Source of the DNA: Torpedo marmorata
Lineage: Eukaryota
Direction: 5' to 3'
Assembly: GCA_977017645.1 (NCBI GenBank)
Contig: OZ360229.1
Coordinates: 107,942,001 to 108,006,000 of the forward strand
DNA length: 64,000 bases
Positions 62,650 to 64,000 of the stretch are shown here, piece after piece. Made by a program: the position numbers and the translations under genes. How positions within the stretch are numbered: the first letter of the stretch is position 1; the number at the start of each line of letters is the position of its first letter. The notes under the pieces are model-generated. The model did not search any database and was not told the origin of the DNA. It saw only the letters and a program-made list of their open reading frames with translations.

Positions 62650-64000
62650 ACAAGTGTCGCCCATTGTATCTGCCGAGGGAGTTCACCGCCATCATCCTGG
62701 TCGCAGTGTACATTCCGCCCCAGGCTAACGTCAGGCTGGCACTGGAGGGACTGAGCACTGTGATAAACAGCCATGAGACAGCACATCCTGATGCCTTCCC
62801 GATCATTGTGGGAGACTTCAATCAGGTCAATCTGAAGAAGTCACTGACAAACTACCACCAACACATCACATGCGAGACCAGGGGAACCAACACACTCGAC
62901 CACTGCTACACCACCGTGAAGAATGCATACCGAGCCATACCACGACCGCACTTCGGCAAGTCTGATCACCTGGCTGTACTTCTACTCCCGGCGTACAAGC
63001 AGAGACTGAAGACCACAGCACCAGTGGTGAGGACGGCGAAAGTATGGTCGAGGGGGGCGGAGGAGCGTCTACAGGACTGCTTTGAATCGGTGGACTAGAA
63101 CATATTCAAGCACTCAGCCATAGACCTAAATGAATATGCAACAGGTGTCACTGACTTCATCAAGACCTGCGTGGATGAGTGTGTGCCCACGCGCAAATAC
63201 CGGGTGTTCCCCAACCAGAAGCCCTGGATGAATCAGAGAATTCGCAACCTGCTGAGGACGAGAACAAGGGCGTTTAATGCCAGGGTCCAGGATCTTTACA
63301 AGAAGTCCAGGCACGACCTGCGGAAGGCCATCTCTGAAGCAAAGTGGCAATTCCGGAGGAAGCTGGAGACAGAGACAGATACACGCCAGCTATGGCAGGG
63401 TGTGCAGGCCATTACAGCCTACAAAGCGAGGGCGAACACTATAGACGGCTGTGATGCTTCACTACCCGATGAGCTGAACACCTTCTATGCCCGCTTTGAG
63501 AAGAAGAACTAAACAGTGCCTACTAGAATCCCTGAAGAGGCTGAGGACCCTGTGATATCTGTCTCTGAGGGCGACGTCAGAACATCATTCAAGAGGGTGA
63601 ACCCTCGCAAGGCGTCAGGCCCTGACGGCGTACCTGGCAGGATATTGAAAATCTGCGCCAACCAACTAGCCGGAGTGTTCACGGACATTTTCAACCTCTC
63701 ATTGCGGCAGTCAGAGGTTCCCACCTGCTTCAAAAGGGCATCAATCATCCCGGTACCCAAGAAGAGTAGTGTGGGCTGCCTCAACGACTGCCCCCAGTAG
63801 CACTAACTTCTACTGTGATGAAATGCTTTGAGAGGCTGGTCATGGCCAGAATTAACACATACCTAAGCAAAGATCTGGACCCACTGCAATTCGCTATCGT
63901 CACAATCGCTCCGCAGCAGATGCAATATCGCTGACTCTCCACTCAGCTCTGGATCACCTCGAAAACAGCAATTCATACATACGGCTGCTCTTCATCGACT
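62650..64000 (+). mobile_element. Rex1/Babar LINE (APE endonuclease and start of RT), running off the window
   Basis: YLPREFTAIILVAVYIPP, VGDFN, TLDHCYT, SDHLAV and KASGPDGVPGRILK, with in-frame stops. Confidence 0.92.

Overview
AT-rich, intron-containing vertebrate DNA. The repeat content (V-SINEs, DeuSINE, CR1, Rex1/Babar, Penelope-type elements) suggests a cartilaginous fish, possibly a ray; this is an inference. Two complete minus-strand protein-coding genes can be assembled from GT-AG splice sites. BSX (brain-specific homeobox) has 3 coding exons at 16977-11931 and encodes 236 aa. A LIM2/MP20-family lens membrane protein has 4 coding exons at 41996-38917 and encodes 173 aa. Most other recognisable sequence is transposon-derived: a decayed Gypsy element with a 5' LTR, a tRNA-Ser primer site and a 30-bp VNTR; an internally deleted inverted relative of it; a probable Gmr1-type LTR remnant; Penelope-like elements with hammerhead-ribozyme-like motifs; CR1, Rex1 and L1 LINEs (one L1 is a clean 5'-inversion with a target-site duplication); 5S-derived and tRNA-derived SINEs; and several MITEs. 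There is a 256-N assembly gap. I found no convincing wholly new multi-gene system. The best leads are the variant hammerhead motifs, the BSX-LIM2 linkage, the twin-primed L1, the 5S-SINE and candidate BSX enhancers. Coordinates were read by eye: exon boundaries are exact, repeat boundaries are approximate.
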